Shown: piece by piece, positions 12,051 to 25,093 of the stretch
Position numbering within the stretch: the first letter of the stretch is position 1
Layout of the letters: each line of letters opens with the position of its first letter
From: Ascoidea asiatica JCM 7603
Lineage: Eukaryota > Fungi > Ascomycota
NCBI GenBank assembly: GCA_001600695.1
Contig: BCKQ01000007.1
Coordinates: 94,040 to 158,039 of the forward strand
Direction: 5' to 3'
Length of the DNA stretch: 64,000 nt
Notes under the pieces: generated by a model
Database searches by the model: none
What the model saw: the letters and a program-made list of their open reading frames with translations, nothing else
What the model was told of the DNA's origin: nothing
Translations under genes and position numbers: made by a program

Positions 12051-14271
12051 TTTCTTAAGATATCTAAGTGATTTATATTTTATTATATTATATTATATTA
12101 TATTATATTATATTATCTTATATTCTTCTTTTATATTCTTTAACCATTGTATATAGTGATATTCATCATAATTCAAGCATAATAATATTATAAATGATAT
12201 ATTTCATTACACAACTTCTATTCCATAATTTTTCACTTTTAGTACTTACGGTAATGGAAAAGTAAAAGTAAATTCTATTATATGGAAAATCAGCATAAAT
12301 CCATTTCAATGGATCTAATGCATAATTCTGTCTACCTACCTCTTTTAACCTCTGGATACATTAGAGCCCTTTAATTTATAGAAAGCGGAAATCCGGATTT
12401 AAGGATCAGGATTTAAATGGATCTGATCGGAGTTTAGTAAATCTTAAGTTAATTTATGTTGGCCGGTAACGGTGATCCACGGCAGTGCTGCTGTGTACTG
12501 CATATACCTAAAAAGTTCTGGCTGTTTTGCATTGCGGTGCACCGGGAACTGAGTCAGTTTTCTGCTGTACTGTGAGGTCCCGCTGCTTACTTCTCTGCCG
12601 ACGTCTGCGCAGATCATGGCGCCAGGAAGCAACGTTCACAGATCAAATCGACTGAGCCCTAACGGCTGATTCTTCCGTTTCGGGGAACTGTCGCGCTCCA
12701 GTTCCGACCTGGTCACCGGACCACCAACTGCAATACTCACACCCGTCTGGGTCTGAATGAATAAATAAATAAATAAATAAACAGTGTAACGTTGTCTATT
12801 AACTTTGTATTTTTTTGAGTGGAGTCGTAATACGAAAATTAACCTGAATTGGAATTTAAACCATTTCTGAATGAATTCTTAAATATAATAAATAGCACAA
12901 TTGAAAAATATGCACACAATGTATTTCACTGAGTTCACTTTTTATTCATTCTATTCACTACAGCAGGAGAGAATACTTTTCTTCTACGGGTAATTATATG
13001 ATTATGAACACTTGTATGCAGGTAACATTCACAAGAAAAAAAATAAGCTCGTATTTTTAAAGCTGGTTTCTGTGCCTTGGTTTTAAGATGAAGGCTATGT
13101 TTTTTTTAATTCTCTTATTTGATTCGTGTAAAGATTTAAAATTTTTAATCTCAGAACAAAAAAATGCCAGAAATATTAAAAATCTGTTAAGTTTTCTCAA
13201 AAACTTTGAATGTTAAAAACAAAAACCTAAAATTTACTGACAATTTTTTGTTAACTTTTAACTGAATTAAAACAAGCATAAGCATCCAAAGGAAAAAAAA
13301 TATAATTTCATAAGAACTTTAGATTTCACCAAAGAACCTTAAACGTTTTCATGTATCGATTATGACCAAATAACTAATTTCATCAATTAGTGTATGATGA
13401 TGATGGTGATAAAGACGAAGAATTTGTGTTTTTGATCACTAATCTTGTACTTTTATTATTCTCTATTGGTCTATTGGTCTATAAATCTATAAAGCTATAG
13501 ATTAGTCTATTGTGCAAATAATCTTATTTAGTGCCTGGAATGTATTAATTTACAACTTATTCATTTCAGAGAATCTAGACATTCTGGATTAAATTCGGTA
13601 CCTTTCAGGTACTTTTTCAGTAAACTTTCGTACCTTTTCATTCTTCTTTTTTGTTATTTCGTCAACAAGAGAATAATAACATTTTTACAATTCTCAATAT
13701 TTTAAAATTATTACATTGATATAAAAATTTTTATTAAGAAAAATTACTAAATAATAGAAAAAAAAACATTTGAGAATAAACATGGTTTATAGATAGATAC
13801 TCATGAAAAGCATATTTGAAAGAAAAGAAAAAGTATGTAAGAAAATAATGACTAAAATGACAATTTTTTTATATGAATAAAAATAATAATAATAAAATGA
13901 AGAAATTTTATAAAAAAATAACTAATTAATTAAATTCCAATGAAATCAAATAAAAGGAATGAAAATTTGAAAAATGTTATTAAATTTATATTACTTAGGA
14001 AGTAAGGAATGAATAGTAAGATAGATATTTAGATAAAAAGGAGTAAATGCTAGTTTTTTTATGTTATTGATTCTCAAAACTTTTATATTAGCATCATAAT
14101 CTATGAAATTTGTTTTTTTTTTAAAGGAATGATAAAATTTTTTATAATACAAAGACTACTATAGATTTTTTTTTTGAATTTTTGTTTAATTTTTGATTTT
14201 TTTTTTTAGTTTTTTGTTTGATTTTTTCTTGTTTTTTCTTAATTATAAGTTACAAGTTATAAGTTATGATT

Positions 14272-14736
14272 TTAATTTAAAAAATAACTAATATTTGTAC
14301 CATGATTATTCTTGGAATAGGTTACTTTATAATTACCATTTTCATCTCTATAAAAATGTTTAATATAATCATCATGACCACAAAAAGTTTCTTTACAATG
14401 AAGACATTTTGCATTAACAACTATTTGAGGATTTTGTAAATATAAATGTTTACATATTGTACAAACATAACCATTAGAAGATGAACTTGGTGGATTTGGA
14501 TTTGGATGATTTGAACTCATTGATAAATTTCTATTACTAATATTTGTTGTAGATGAATTTAAATTATAAAAATTTGAACTTGAAAATGAATTTGAAAATG
14601 AATTTGAAATTGAATTTGAAATTGAATTTTGAACTAATGGATAAGATAATGAATTATTAGTTTGATTATTATTATAATTATTGTTATAATTGATATTATT
14701 ACTTGAAGAATTGTTATTGAAACTTTGAGTAAACAT
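14272..14736 (-). CDS. Uncharacterised 154-aa protein: N/S-rich N-terminus plus Cys/His putative zinc-binding domain
   Basis: ATG-initiated with host-like codon usage. Motif C-x2-C-x15-C-x2-C-x4-C-x-H-x5-H (CTICK...CLHCKETFCGHDDYIKH). Confidence 0.7.
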   Translation of the reverse strand: MFTQSFNNNSSSNNINYNNNYNNNQTNNSLSYPLVQNSISNSISNSFSNSFSSSNFYNLNSSTTNISNRNLSMSSNHPNPNPPSSSSNGYVCTICKHLYLQNPQIVVNAKCLHCKETFCGHDDYIKHFYRDENGNYKVTYSKNNHGTNISYFLN

Positions 14737-17700
14737 ATATATAAATTGATTAAGATTTTTTTTTTAATTTATGAAGTTTTTAAATAGAAAGCGAATGTTT
14801 TAAATAAATAAAGCGAATGTAAAATTTAAACTGATATAATATTTGATAATTAATATTTGATAATTTATAATATATATTTGATAATTGATAATTGATAATT
14901 GATAATTAAAAATAAAAGAGTTTTAAAAGAATTTTGAAATGAAAGTATATGGAATTTTGAAACATATATATATTAATTTTTTAAAAAATAATCTTGAATA
15001 ATAAATTTGATATTATACTCATAGATAAAAGAAAGATAAAAAAAGATTAAAATTATAAATTAAAGATAAAAAAAGATAAAAAGGACCATTACGTAGTCAT
15101 TGGATAAATTGTATAAATAATAATACTAGAAAGAGAAGAAATTTAATTGAAAGTTGTGTAAGGATTATGGACCCCAGAATTGAATAAATGAATTGTTATA
15201 ATTGTTATGATTATGAAAAAAAATAATAAAAGTAATAAAATTCTAAAAAATTTAAAAAATAAGCAATAATTATGTAATATCAAAAACATTTTAATTTTAA
15301 ATTTATTTGTTGCCTTAGGTTTAAATTTCAAATAATTTTAGGTGAAAACTTTAGTTGAAAGTTTATTAAAAAGTTTATTGAATTAATGATTGATAGAAGT
15401 TTTGTTGGAAAAGAAAAGTGGAATATAAATTAGAAATTTGTTTTATTATTAGTTTAAATAACTATATGATTAGATAATTGAATATAGGTAAGGGTTATAT
15501 TGCTGTAGTTTTATTATTAGACATATTTATAAAGGGGTAAGAGTATAATAAGTAAATTAAGTAAATTAAGTATATTAAGTCTTTAGTTGTGAATTAATTT
15601 GAATTAATCGTAAATGATAATGAATGAAATTAATTGAGACAATTTAAGATAACGTTAGAAATAGAATATATATTATATAGTTAATAGACTCTGATTAAAT
15701 TTGATTGTAATTTTGAGGGAAGGTTTATATTTTTACGATTAAACAGTTAATAATTGATGAATTTCTTGAAAAGAGTATATAAATTAACTTGTTTGATTAT
15801 ATATTTATAGAAATTGATTACAAAATTGAAACATTTGAATTAAAAATACAATAAAATGAAGTAAAATATTAAAGAATATAATAAAATATTTTAAAAAAAA
15901 AGGGAAAGAAGGGAAAGAAGGGAAAGAAGGGAAAGAAGATCTAAAAAATGAACCTAGACAAAAGAAAATTTTGAAAATATTTCTGAAAACAGTTTCAAAA
16001 ACATTTTTTCAAAAACAGGTTTAAAAGTAGCTTAAAATAGTAAAAAAAAAGGGGAAATTTGGAAATGATAACATAACTAATGAAGTTAATGAAGTTAAAT
16101 AAAATGATTATTATATAAAAATTGGGTTAATTAATAGTTTTTAGTGATAATTGATAATTAATTAATACATTGATCAGCTTAATTGATATATATTTTGAAT
16201 GACAAGTTGTGGAGTAAAATATTAATGGAGTCTATTGTAAAAGTAAAAGTAAAAGCAAAAGCTATTTATAAACGGAAGAATAAAAATTATGGTTTAGAAT
16301 AAGGGAAAATACTGAAAATAGATTGGCAATAGATTGGCAATAGAAATAGAAAGAAAGAAAGAAAGGTACAATGAAGATGAAGATTAAGACGAAGATTAGT
16401 AATCTCGAATGATATAAGATATCTACATGATTATATCTAGAATACTTTTAATATCATAGAACAAGAGAGTTATTAATAAATTATATCAAAATTATGTAAC
16501 TGAATTCTATTATTTTTAAATAATCTAAATCTTCAACCGATTTTCTATCATATATTGAGTGGATTTGAATCAATTTTTGAATCGTTTTTTTTATCATATG
16601 AGATTATTTATCAACTTTTGAGGCCAGTAACAAAGAATGAGATTAACTCTAGAGAGAAATATTTCCAAGTTACTTTCAAGTAACTTTCAAGTTATATAAT
16701 TTTAAAATAGATTCACTACTGTGATTGTGATTGTGATTGTGATTATAATTGTTTCAATTAATATCATTATATTTAATCGAGTTTTAATAAATGATTTTGA
16801 TGGATTTGATGAATGAAGTTCCTGAAAAAAATATTTTGACGGAGTATTCAGTTGGTAAAAATAGGTTTGAGAACGCGGGAAGAGGCTATAACAGGTGGGA
16901 AAAGGTGTGGATGGTGGTCTACCAAGGATTTGAAAAGATAAAAATAAATGCGGATTTATTTTTACGGATTAAATTTTACGGTTCTGTCCAAAATTACGAC
17001 TGCGGCGTCTAGAACGTGCTGTATATAGCTAGGATATACAGGCTAATGCATGTCCCGACCGGCAGGAACAGAGCTTCTTTGTGGTCGTAAAATAGGTGCG
17101 GAAGAAAGATCCACCACGCGGATCTGTTCCTGAGTTGCGGACTTAAAAACAAAAACAATTTCTGTTGGTGCACTTCGATGGCCGCTAATCACTGCGGGAT
17201 TATTCCTTCCCGAGTTTCGGAACCATCTTAATAACAGACGTAGTCGGAAAGCATATCCGTTAAGTAAAAAAAAAGCAGAGCCTGTGATCAAGCCGGCTGG
17301 ATTACATAATTACATACTACATAATGACTCAGCAGATATTTTTTTGTATTGTATTGAGTAAACTAAGATTTCAAATACTAATTCTGTTGGCAAAGGTTCG
17401 AAATCATCAATGTTTCTTTACTATTATAAATACATAATCAGTATAATTCCACAAATAAAGAAAAAACCATAGAAATGAAATTGGTTGAAAGGAAATTTCA
17501 ATGACTGAATAAGTATATTATTGGTTATATAACAATTCTAAATATAAAGTTAAAACAACCAAATATAAAGAATTGAAATAGAATTTAAGATAATGAATAA
17601 AGAATTTAATCTAAGCATTTAGACACATTGTATTACGATATTGACAAAGGATTAATGAATAATCTAACGTATCAACTTAAGATAATGCTTGATTGAAATA

Positions 17701-18376
17701 AAAGAAGTAACAGAAGTAAAAGAAGCACAATCAAATGCTTTTTGTTTCGTTTTATTTATATTCCAAAACATTTTCACAAGTCAAAAAACACAAATCACAC
17801 AAATCACACAAATCACACAAAAAACATTACCAGATTTAAAAGTAGGGCTTTAAGAGACGCTGGTCACGTTTGGGTTACCCGCTGCACTCGATCCGCTGCT
17901 GTGATTCGGCTGAAATTGCAGTCTCGGATGAGCATTTATGCTTAAATTGCATATCCTACAGGGTTTATAAGTGTATATTTCAAATAAGCATGGTATTATA
18001 TCTAAAACATCATTTTACTACGGGGCTCATCTTGTTCCTTTCATTCGAAATCGTTTAAAAACTTAAAATTATTGAAATTTATCATTGCACAAGTAGATTT
18101 GGTTGGAATTAAACTTAAGAAATATGAAAATAATATGAAAATATATGAAAATATATGAAAATATATGAAAATATATGAAAACATATGGAAATAAATGAAT
18201 AAAAGAATATATTAATAGGAAAATGATTTATTAATATTTGATATATTATATGAAATTCAACATGGTTTATATAAATAAGATAAAATTTCCTTTATTAACT
18301 TGAAATTTACATACAAATATATATATATATTTAGACTGAATATATAAATAACTATAATTGTACTAATATTATCAAA

Positions 18377-19558
18377 ATGACAATAGATTCAAATAAAGTA
18401 TCATCTGATAAAGAAGATTCAAATGATATTGAAATTGAAAATAACATTGAAAATGAAGATGATTATTTTAATAAAAATACTCCACCAATATATTTAAATG
18501 AAATTGAAGAAAAAATTAAAGAATTTATAAAATTTCATAAATTTAAAACTGGTAAAAAAATTGCTTTAATTACAAGTGGTGGTACAACTGTACCTTTAGA
18601 AAATAATACTGTTAGATTTATTGATAATTTTAGTAATGGTAATAGAGGTTCAAAATCTGCTGAATTATTATTATTAAAAAATTATTCTGTTATTTTTTTA
18701 TATAGAGAATTTTCTTTATTACCATTTTCAAGAAATTATACACATAATAAATCTTTAAATTTTTTAGATTTTTTAAAAATTAGTAATGATGATAATAATA
18801 ATGAAAAAATTGAAATTAAAGAAAATTATGTTAATAAAATTTTAAAAGATTTAAAAGATTATGAAAAAATTATTAATGAAAATTCATTATTATTAATTCC
18901 ATTTACAACTATTAATCAATATCTTTTTACATTAAAATCAATTACAATTTTATTAAATTCATATGGTTCAAAATCTTTAATTTATTTAGCTGCTGCAGTT
19001 TCTGATTTTTTTATACCACAAACTAAATTACCTGAACATAAAATTCAATCAAGAAATATAAGTAATTTATTAACCAATAGTGAGAATGATACAAGAAATA
19101 ATACTAAAAACACTGAAATTACTGACACTAATGAAAATGGTCAATTAATTATAAATTTAGATCCAGTACCTAAATTTTTAAATAAAATTGTTCAAAATTG
19201 GTCAAATAATTCAATGATTATAAGTTTTAAATTAGAAACTGATGATAATTTATTAATCAAAAAATCTAAATTTGCTTTAAAAAAATATAATCATAATTTA
19301 GTTATTGGAAATTTATTACAATCAAGAAAATTAAAAGTTGTTTTTATTTCAAAAATTAAGTCACCAAGTAATAATAATAAAAATAAAAATAATAAAAATA
19401 AAAATAATAATAATAATAATAATAATAATTTTAATGAAAAATGGTTTAAAATCTCAAATAATGATATTTTAAATAATATTGAAATTGAAGATGTTTTTAT
19501 GCCTGAAGTTATTAAATTACATGAAAATTGGATTCTAAACCATCCATTAAATAATTGA
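18377..19558 (+). CDS. CAB2: Phosphopantothenate--cysteine ligase
   Basis: ITSGGTTVPLENNTVRFIDNFSNGNRG, YLAAAVSDFFIP, PEHKIQS, LDPVPKFL, ISFKLETD, VIGNLLQSR. Confidence 0.96.
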   Translation: MTIDSNKVSSDKEDSNDIEIENNIENEDDYFNKNTPPIYLNEIEEKIKEFIKFHKFKTGKKIALITSGGTTVPLENNTVRFIDNFSNGNRGSKSAELLLLKNYSVIFLYREFSLLPFSRNYTHNKSLNFLDFLKISNDDNNNEKIEIKENYVNKILKDLKDYEKIINENSLLLIPFTTINQYLFTLKSITILLNSYGSKSLIYLAAAVSDFFIPQTKLPEHKIQSRNISNLLTNSENDTRNNTKNTEITDTNENGQLIINLDPVPKFLNKIVQNWSNNSMIISFKLETDDNLLIKKSKFALKKYNHNLVIGNLLQSRKLKVVFISKIKSPSNNNKNKNNKNKNNNNNNNNNFNEKWFKISNNDILNNIEIEDVFMPEVIKLHENWILNHPLNN

Positions 19559-19718
19559 TTTCTTCTTCTATTCTATTCTCTTCTTTTCTCTTCTCACAAA
19601 TAACTCGCTATATATTCTCATATTCTTATTCTCATTTACACATTCAACACATAGATCTTTAAATAATAAGTAGACATTGTATATAAATAAATAAATTATT
19701 GCAATATAATAGATTATA

Positions 19719-19732
19719 TTCCTAATTGGGAA
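19719..19732. promoter_or_regulatory. Mcm1-type site TTCCTAATTGGGAA upstream of ICE2
   Basis: Near-palindromic CC-N6-GG site at the left edge of the GC-rich island preceding ICE2. Confidence 0.45.
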
Positions 19733-20185
19733 CATTTGCCGCTCTTTAATTTTATATTCCATTTACTGTAGGCGGATCGGGATTACGTAACATATTTCCT
19801 GTCCGTAGTTTACCAAGGATAAATATTTAATATGGAAATAGCTATCCTTGAGTTGCGGAACTTAAATAAGTCATGTTTTCCTTACCTTGCCACATACCTT
19901 CCAAATACAGCTTCTGCGGCGTGTTTCTTTAATGTTTCGCGTTTGTTTGACGAGTTTCTGCTTTGGGCCCAGCGGCAACGTCTCTTTTTCTCTTTTTCTC
20001 TCTGTCTCTTCAAATCTCCAGCAAAGAAGCCAACCTTATCCAGATTCAATCAACAATCAATCAATCAACAGTCAACTGTCCAAATATATGAAATCATTTC
20101 AAATAAATATTCAAATCTATGGAATCATATTCAATTATATTCAACTATTCACTCGAAACCTTTATTTTCAGTCGAGTAAATATTC

Positions 20186-20216
<31 letters not shown>

Positions 20217-20862
20217 TAACAATCAATCAATTAACAATCAATCAATCATATAATAATAAGAATTAGAGCTGGAAATAAACAACCAGACTCAAATATATTC
20301 TGGTTGAATCCCTTATTCTATATATTCAATTACTACATAATTACTGTTCATTTTGCAGTTTCATTTATTCTTCTATTATTTATCTATTATTTATCTATAA
20401 TTCATAATATCTTCAAATATAAAATCATTATTAAAATAATAAAAATAATAATAATTAAAATCAAATTCAGATCAAAGTTATAAAATCTATTAAATTCTAA
20501 ACATTTCTTCAACTAGTTGGCCTTTAAATCCCCATTCTCAAAATTTCTTAATTCCTATTTCATATTAAGTTTTAGTTTTTTTTTTTCTAATTCACACGAT
20601 CAAATTCTCTTTTCTAATTTCAGAAGTTAAAATTTTCATTTTATTATTTTATATTTAATATATATCATATCATCATTTCTCATAATCCATTATATTCATA
20701 TTCATATTCACATTCATATTATATATTATATTATATCATTTCATATTATATCATAGCATATCATAACATAACAATATATCTCAATATATCACAACATATT
20801 ATATTCTCCTTTATTTGACATTCAGATTTATAATCTGATACCAATTATCTATAATATTCAAT

Positions 20863-23166
20863 ATGTCTTCTAGATCTTCAAAATACTCAAATTACTCAAA
20901 GCTTTATGATCATAATAATAGTAACAACAATAACAGTCACAATAATAATATTAATAGTAATAATTTACATATAAATCCAATTTCAAAAAAAAATATAGAT
21001 TCTACAAAATTAAAAAAAATAACAATACATAATATTAGAGCCACTTTTAGAATAATCTTAGCAACAATATATTTAGGATTAATCATTTTAACAATACCTT
21101 TAGCTTTTGAATTAGGTGATACAATCTGTGGTTTAACTTATAGTTTCACATGCTTCAATTTATATTTTTTCTTAACTTTATTAAGATTAATTATTAAAAA
21201 AAATTTATTCTTAAAAAAATTTAAATTCTTAAATAATTTAAAATTTTTATCTTATATTTATTATTTACAACATCTTTTATTACCAAGTTTATTAACTTTT
21301 TTATTAACTTTTTTTAATAATGCAAATCAATTCAATAATAATAATAACAACAATAATAATAAAACTTTAGTAACTAATTCAATTAATGAATCAATAAATA
21401 ATGAAATTTCAAAGTCAATTTTACATTATTATACAAATACTTTTCAAATTAATTATAATCAATTATTAAATTTAATAAATATTTATATAACTCCATGGCA
21501 TGTTGTATTAAAAAATTCAACTCCTCTTTTTACAACCTTAGAAGGTCTTTGTTCTTTATTATTAATTCAAACAATTGGTAAAACTTTTAATTATTTAATT
21601 AATAAATCTCAATCAAAACAAATTATACATACTAATTCAAATAATAATTCTTCTATTGATGAAAATAATAAAAAAATTATTAATAATAATAATGATGATG
21701 ATGATATAAATATGAATTCGAATATTAGTAATAATCATATAAATATAAATAATAATAATGATAACAATAATGAAGAAAATAATGATACTAATGAAATTAA
21801 TAATAATGATAATCTTGATATAAACAATAAGAATATAAGTGATAATAATAATACTGATAATAATAATGATACAAGTATAAATTCTTCTTCTTATTGGTCA
21901 ATATTAAATCTATTAATTTCTGCAATTATTTTAACAATAAGTTTTTATTTCCTTTATAATATTTTTATAATTCCAAATTTAAAAATTGGTTTATTTTCTG
22001 CAACTTTATTAGGTTCAATTTTAACTTATTCACTTGGAATTGGTTTATTTGGTATATTAAATAAAAATGGTTCAACAATTGAAAGTTCTTTAATTTTTGC
22101 TTATATTGTTAAATGTATTTATCAAACTTTTCCAGAATTATCAAAATTAACTTCTTTAGAATTTACAAATTTAATTAATTTAACTACAATTAATTTAAAA
22201 AATGAATTAAATTTATATTATTCAAAAGGTTCTTTTAATCATTTAATTAATTTAAAAAAATATAAAAATTATAAAGATTTATATAGAGATTTTTATAATG
22301 AATTTATTCAAAATGATTTTTATAAAAATTTTTATAAAGAATTTTATAATGATTTTATTTTAAAAAATTTAAATTCTGTTAATAAAACAAATAATATTAA
22401 TATTTCAAATATTAATAAAAATAATTATTATTATAATAAATTAATTAATATTTTAAATTTTTTAAAATTTTTAAATTTAAAAAATTCATTCAAATCAATA
22501 ACTAAATTTTTTTTAAATGCTTTAAATTATTTAACAATTCCTTTATTATTTAATTTAGCTTATAGAATTGCTGTATTTTATGCTGCAACTAGAATTATAC
22601 CAGCTTTAAATAATTCTGTTAATTCAGCCTATAATATTCCTTCTCCAACAAGTTCTCCAATGAATTCTCCAATTATCCCAAAAATTCCAAGTTTTAGTGA
22701 TACCCATAATAATTTAATTGATATAAATTCTTCACATAAAAAGAAAAGATATATAAAACAAAAGAAAAATAGTTTTGGAATCCTTCAAATTTTATATTTA
22801 TTTTCACCATGTATTGTGATTGCAGTTTATACTCATTTAATGTTATTAAATAGAAATGAATTAGGAGATGAATTAATTTTATGGGGTTGGTGGACTTCTT
22901 CTTCATCTATATCTCAATCACCTTCAATTACTCAAGGCTCTTCATATTTGGCATCTAGTTTAACTTCTACTGCATCTGCAATTGCTGAAACAGCTACTTC
23001 AATAATGAATAATACTCAAAACAATCTTCAAAATAATATAGAAGGAACAACAATAATCACTGATGGAAAATTGGTTGTTAATCCAGTACAATTTTGGAAT
23101 TGGATCAATATGATTTCAACTTTAGGTTTATATACTTTAGAATTGATTGAAGGAAATGTTGATTGA
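20863..23166 (+). CDS. ICE2: ER membrane protein Ice2, with poly-Asn insertions
   Basis: LTIPLAFELG..CGLTYS, YYLQHLLLPSLL, PW...NSTPLFTTLEGLCSLLLIQTIG, IESSLIFAYIVKCIY, YRIAVFYAATRIIP, SPCIVIAVYTHL, FWNWIN...LYTLEL. Confidence 0.93.
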   Translation: MSSRSSKYSNYSKLYDHNNSNNNNSHNNNINSNNLHINPISKKNIDSTKLKKITIHNIRATFRIILATIYLGLIILTIPLAFELGDTICGLTYSFTCFNLYFFLTLLRLIIKKNLFLKKFKFLNNLKFLSYIYYLQHLLLPSLLTFLLTFFNNANQFNNNNNNNNNKTLVTNSINESINNEISKSILHYYTNTFQINYNQLLNLINIYITPWHVVLKNSTPLFTTLEGLCSLLLIQTIGKTFNYLINKSQSKQIIHTNSNNNSSIDENNKKIINNNNDDDDINMNSNISNNHININNNNDNNNEENNDTNEINNNDNLDINNKNISDNNNTDNNNDTSINSSSYWSILNLLISAIILTISFYFLYNIFIIPNLKIGLFSATLLGSILTYSLGIGLFGILNKNGSTIESSLIFAYIVKCIYQTFPELSKLTSLEFTNLINLTTINLKNELNLYYSKGSFNHLINLKKYKNYKDLYRDFYNEFIQNDFYKNFYKEFYNDFILKNLNSVNKTNNINISNINKNNYYYNKLINILNFLKFLNLKNSFKSITKFFLNALNYLTIPLLFNLAYRIAVFYAATRIIPALNNSVNSAYNIPSPTSSPMNSPIIPKIPSFSDTHNNLIDINSSHKKKRYIKQKKNSFGILQILYLFSPCIVIAVYTHLMLLNRNELGDELILWGWWTSSSSISQSPSITQGSSYLASSLTSTASAIAETATSIMNNTQNNLQNNIEGTTIITDGKLVVNPVQFWNWINMISTLGLYTLELIEGNVD

Positions 23167-24087
23167 AAAAAACTTAATATTAATAATTCCCATTAATGAT
23201 TTTCATTCATCAAGTTATACAAGTTATCCATGTTTTAAATCGTTCAGTGGTCGATCCAAATCATTGATTGTTTGTGTTTTTCGCAAATAATAATCAAATA
23301 TTTTTGATATAAGAAATATATCATTACAAGAATATAAAGTGTTTTCTGAAAGAGCTAGTTAATGATTACTCTCTATCTCAACTGGATTAAAAAATGATGT
23401 ACAGTTTTCTGATAATATTTCGGTTAAATATAACGAGATAATCTTAATTTCAGCTATAGTAATACTCATCCTCAAATATTAAATTTTTAGTCTCTTTCCG
23501 AGTCTAAGTTTTACAAATTATAATCTATTAATTAAAATTAATAATTATAAAAATTTTAATTTAAATTATTGCATTTTCATTTTTTGTTAAATATATCTTC
23601 TAAGCTTATGTTAATTTTCTTTCAAAGCTTATTTCTTGCTTCGTTTAATTATATCCTATCTCATTCTTGTTTTTGCTCATTGCTATCTCTTTTTTTTTTT
23701 TTATCGTTGAAATATACTTGAAGACATCGTATTCCTGGTTTATACATATATCTATATCTAACCAATTGTCTTTATTTATCACATTCGGATGGAACTTATT
23801 ATTCTCTTATTAATTTTGTTTAGATTTGCCTATTTTTTCATAATTTTTTTTAAAACTATTTTATTTTTTTATTATTTCTAATTTCATTTTTCTTTTATTA
23901 TTTCAATTTAATTTTTCTACTTAAAGAGACGTTTTATTTATTTTTAAATAAAAAATTGTAAATTATAATACTTTTCATTTACACACTGCTTGTTTTATTC
24001 ATTATTATAAAAAAAAAAGCATAATAAGCTATAATTGTAGACTTATGAGAAATGCTCTTTTTAAAACTTAGTCTCGTCATAAGTGAT

Positions 24088-24453
24088 TCAATCAAGATCA
24101 ACAACTTTACCAACGATATTGTATCTTTGTTGAAAAAAAGAATACCAGCCTTCTAAGGTCTTGACTTCTTTTTCAGTAAGATCATCATATTTATATGAAA
24201 CTGCAGGATCATTATCTTCTTTACTCAAAGATGATTTACCTAGTGGTCTACTAGCATCCTTACCTGTAAAAACATGATAACCTTTATCAGGACCATAAGC
24301 TTTTTTATTATTTGTGACATCAAAAACAGTTCTCTTTATTGCAACATAAATCTTTTCTGATTGAATTCCATCACATTTAGATAATTCTTGTTTTGTGATT
24401 TTATCATCCTTTGGAGGTTCTAATGTAACTGGTTCTTTGGGGGCAAATGACAT
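24088..24453 (-). CDS. Cytochrome b5-like heme/steroid-binding protein (MAPR/Dap1-like, no transmembrane anchor)
   Basis: IYVAIKRTVFDVT...YGPDKGYHVFTGKDASR...W..FF..RYNIVGKV is the MAPR-family signature. Confidence 0.9.
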   Translation of the reverse strand: MSFAPKEPVTLEPPKDDKITKQELSKCDGIQSEKIYVAIKRTVFDVTNNKKAYGPDKGYHVFTGKDASRPLGKSSLSKEDNDPAVSYKYDDLTEKEVKTLEGWYSFFQQRYNIVGKVVDLD

Positions 24454-25093
24454 TGTTATAAAGATATATTAATTAAGTTGATTGTTTTTTATACACTTAT
24501 TTTTTGATATTTTAGATATGATGAAGAAATATTTGAATGAGATATTTGATTATTTATTAGATTTCTATTCGCAAAAAGATTAATTGATCAAGAGAAATCT
24601 ATGGCTTCTTTGGAAAAGTATTGAAATGTTTGCAATGCCTTCTTGTATGTTTCTCTTCACTCAATGTGATTTATGCTTTAACAAAGTGAAACACTTCTGG
24701 TAAATAATGCTCTTGAAATGAATATTTTTATCAAAATCACTAGCTTTTTGAGATTTTATAATATTTATTATAAAAATAGTGGCATTTCGTAGATTTGTAG
24801 AAACACCGTTTATTTGATATTGATTAAAATACAAAATAAATATTGGTTATCTTGTTTATTATTATATTACGTAATATGAGAGAGTATAAAAAAACTTATT
24901 TTAAGAGTGAAAAAAAGGAAATAATTATACAAATTTATTTAAGAAATAAAAGGAATAAATGTCAATGAAACGTCAAAGAATTGAATTTACTCAATGTAAC
25001 TGGGATCAGATAAAATAAAAAAAAAAAATAAAAAAAGAATTATGTAAACATACTTAATGGCGGAAAATCTTAAAATATTACTTTCTTGAAAAT

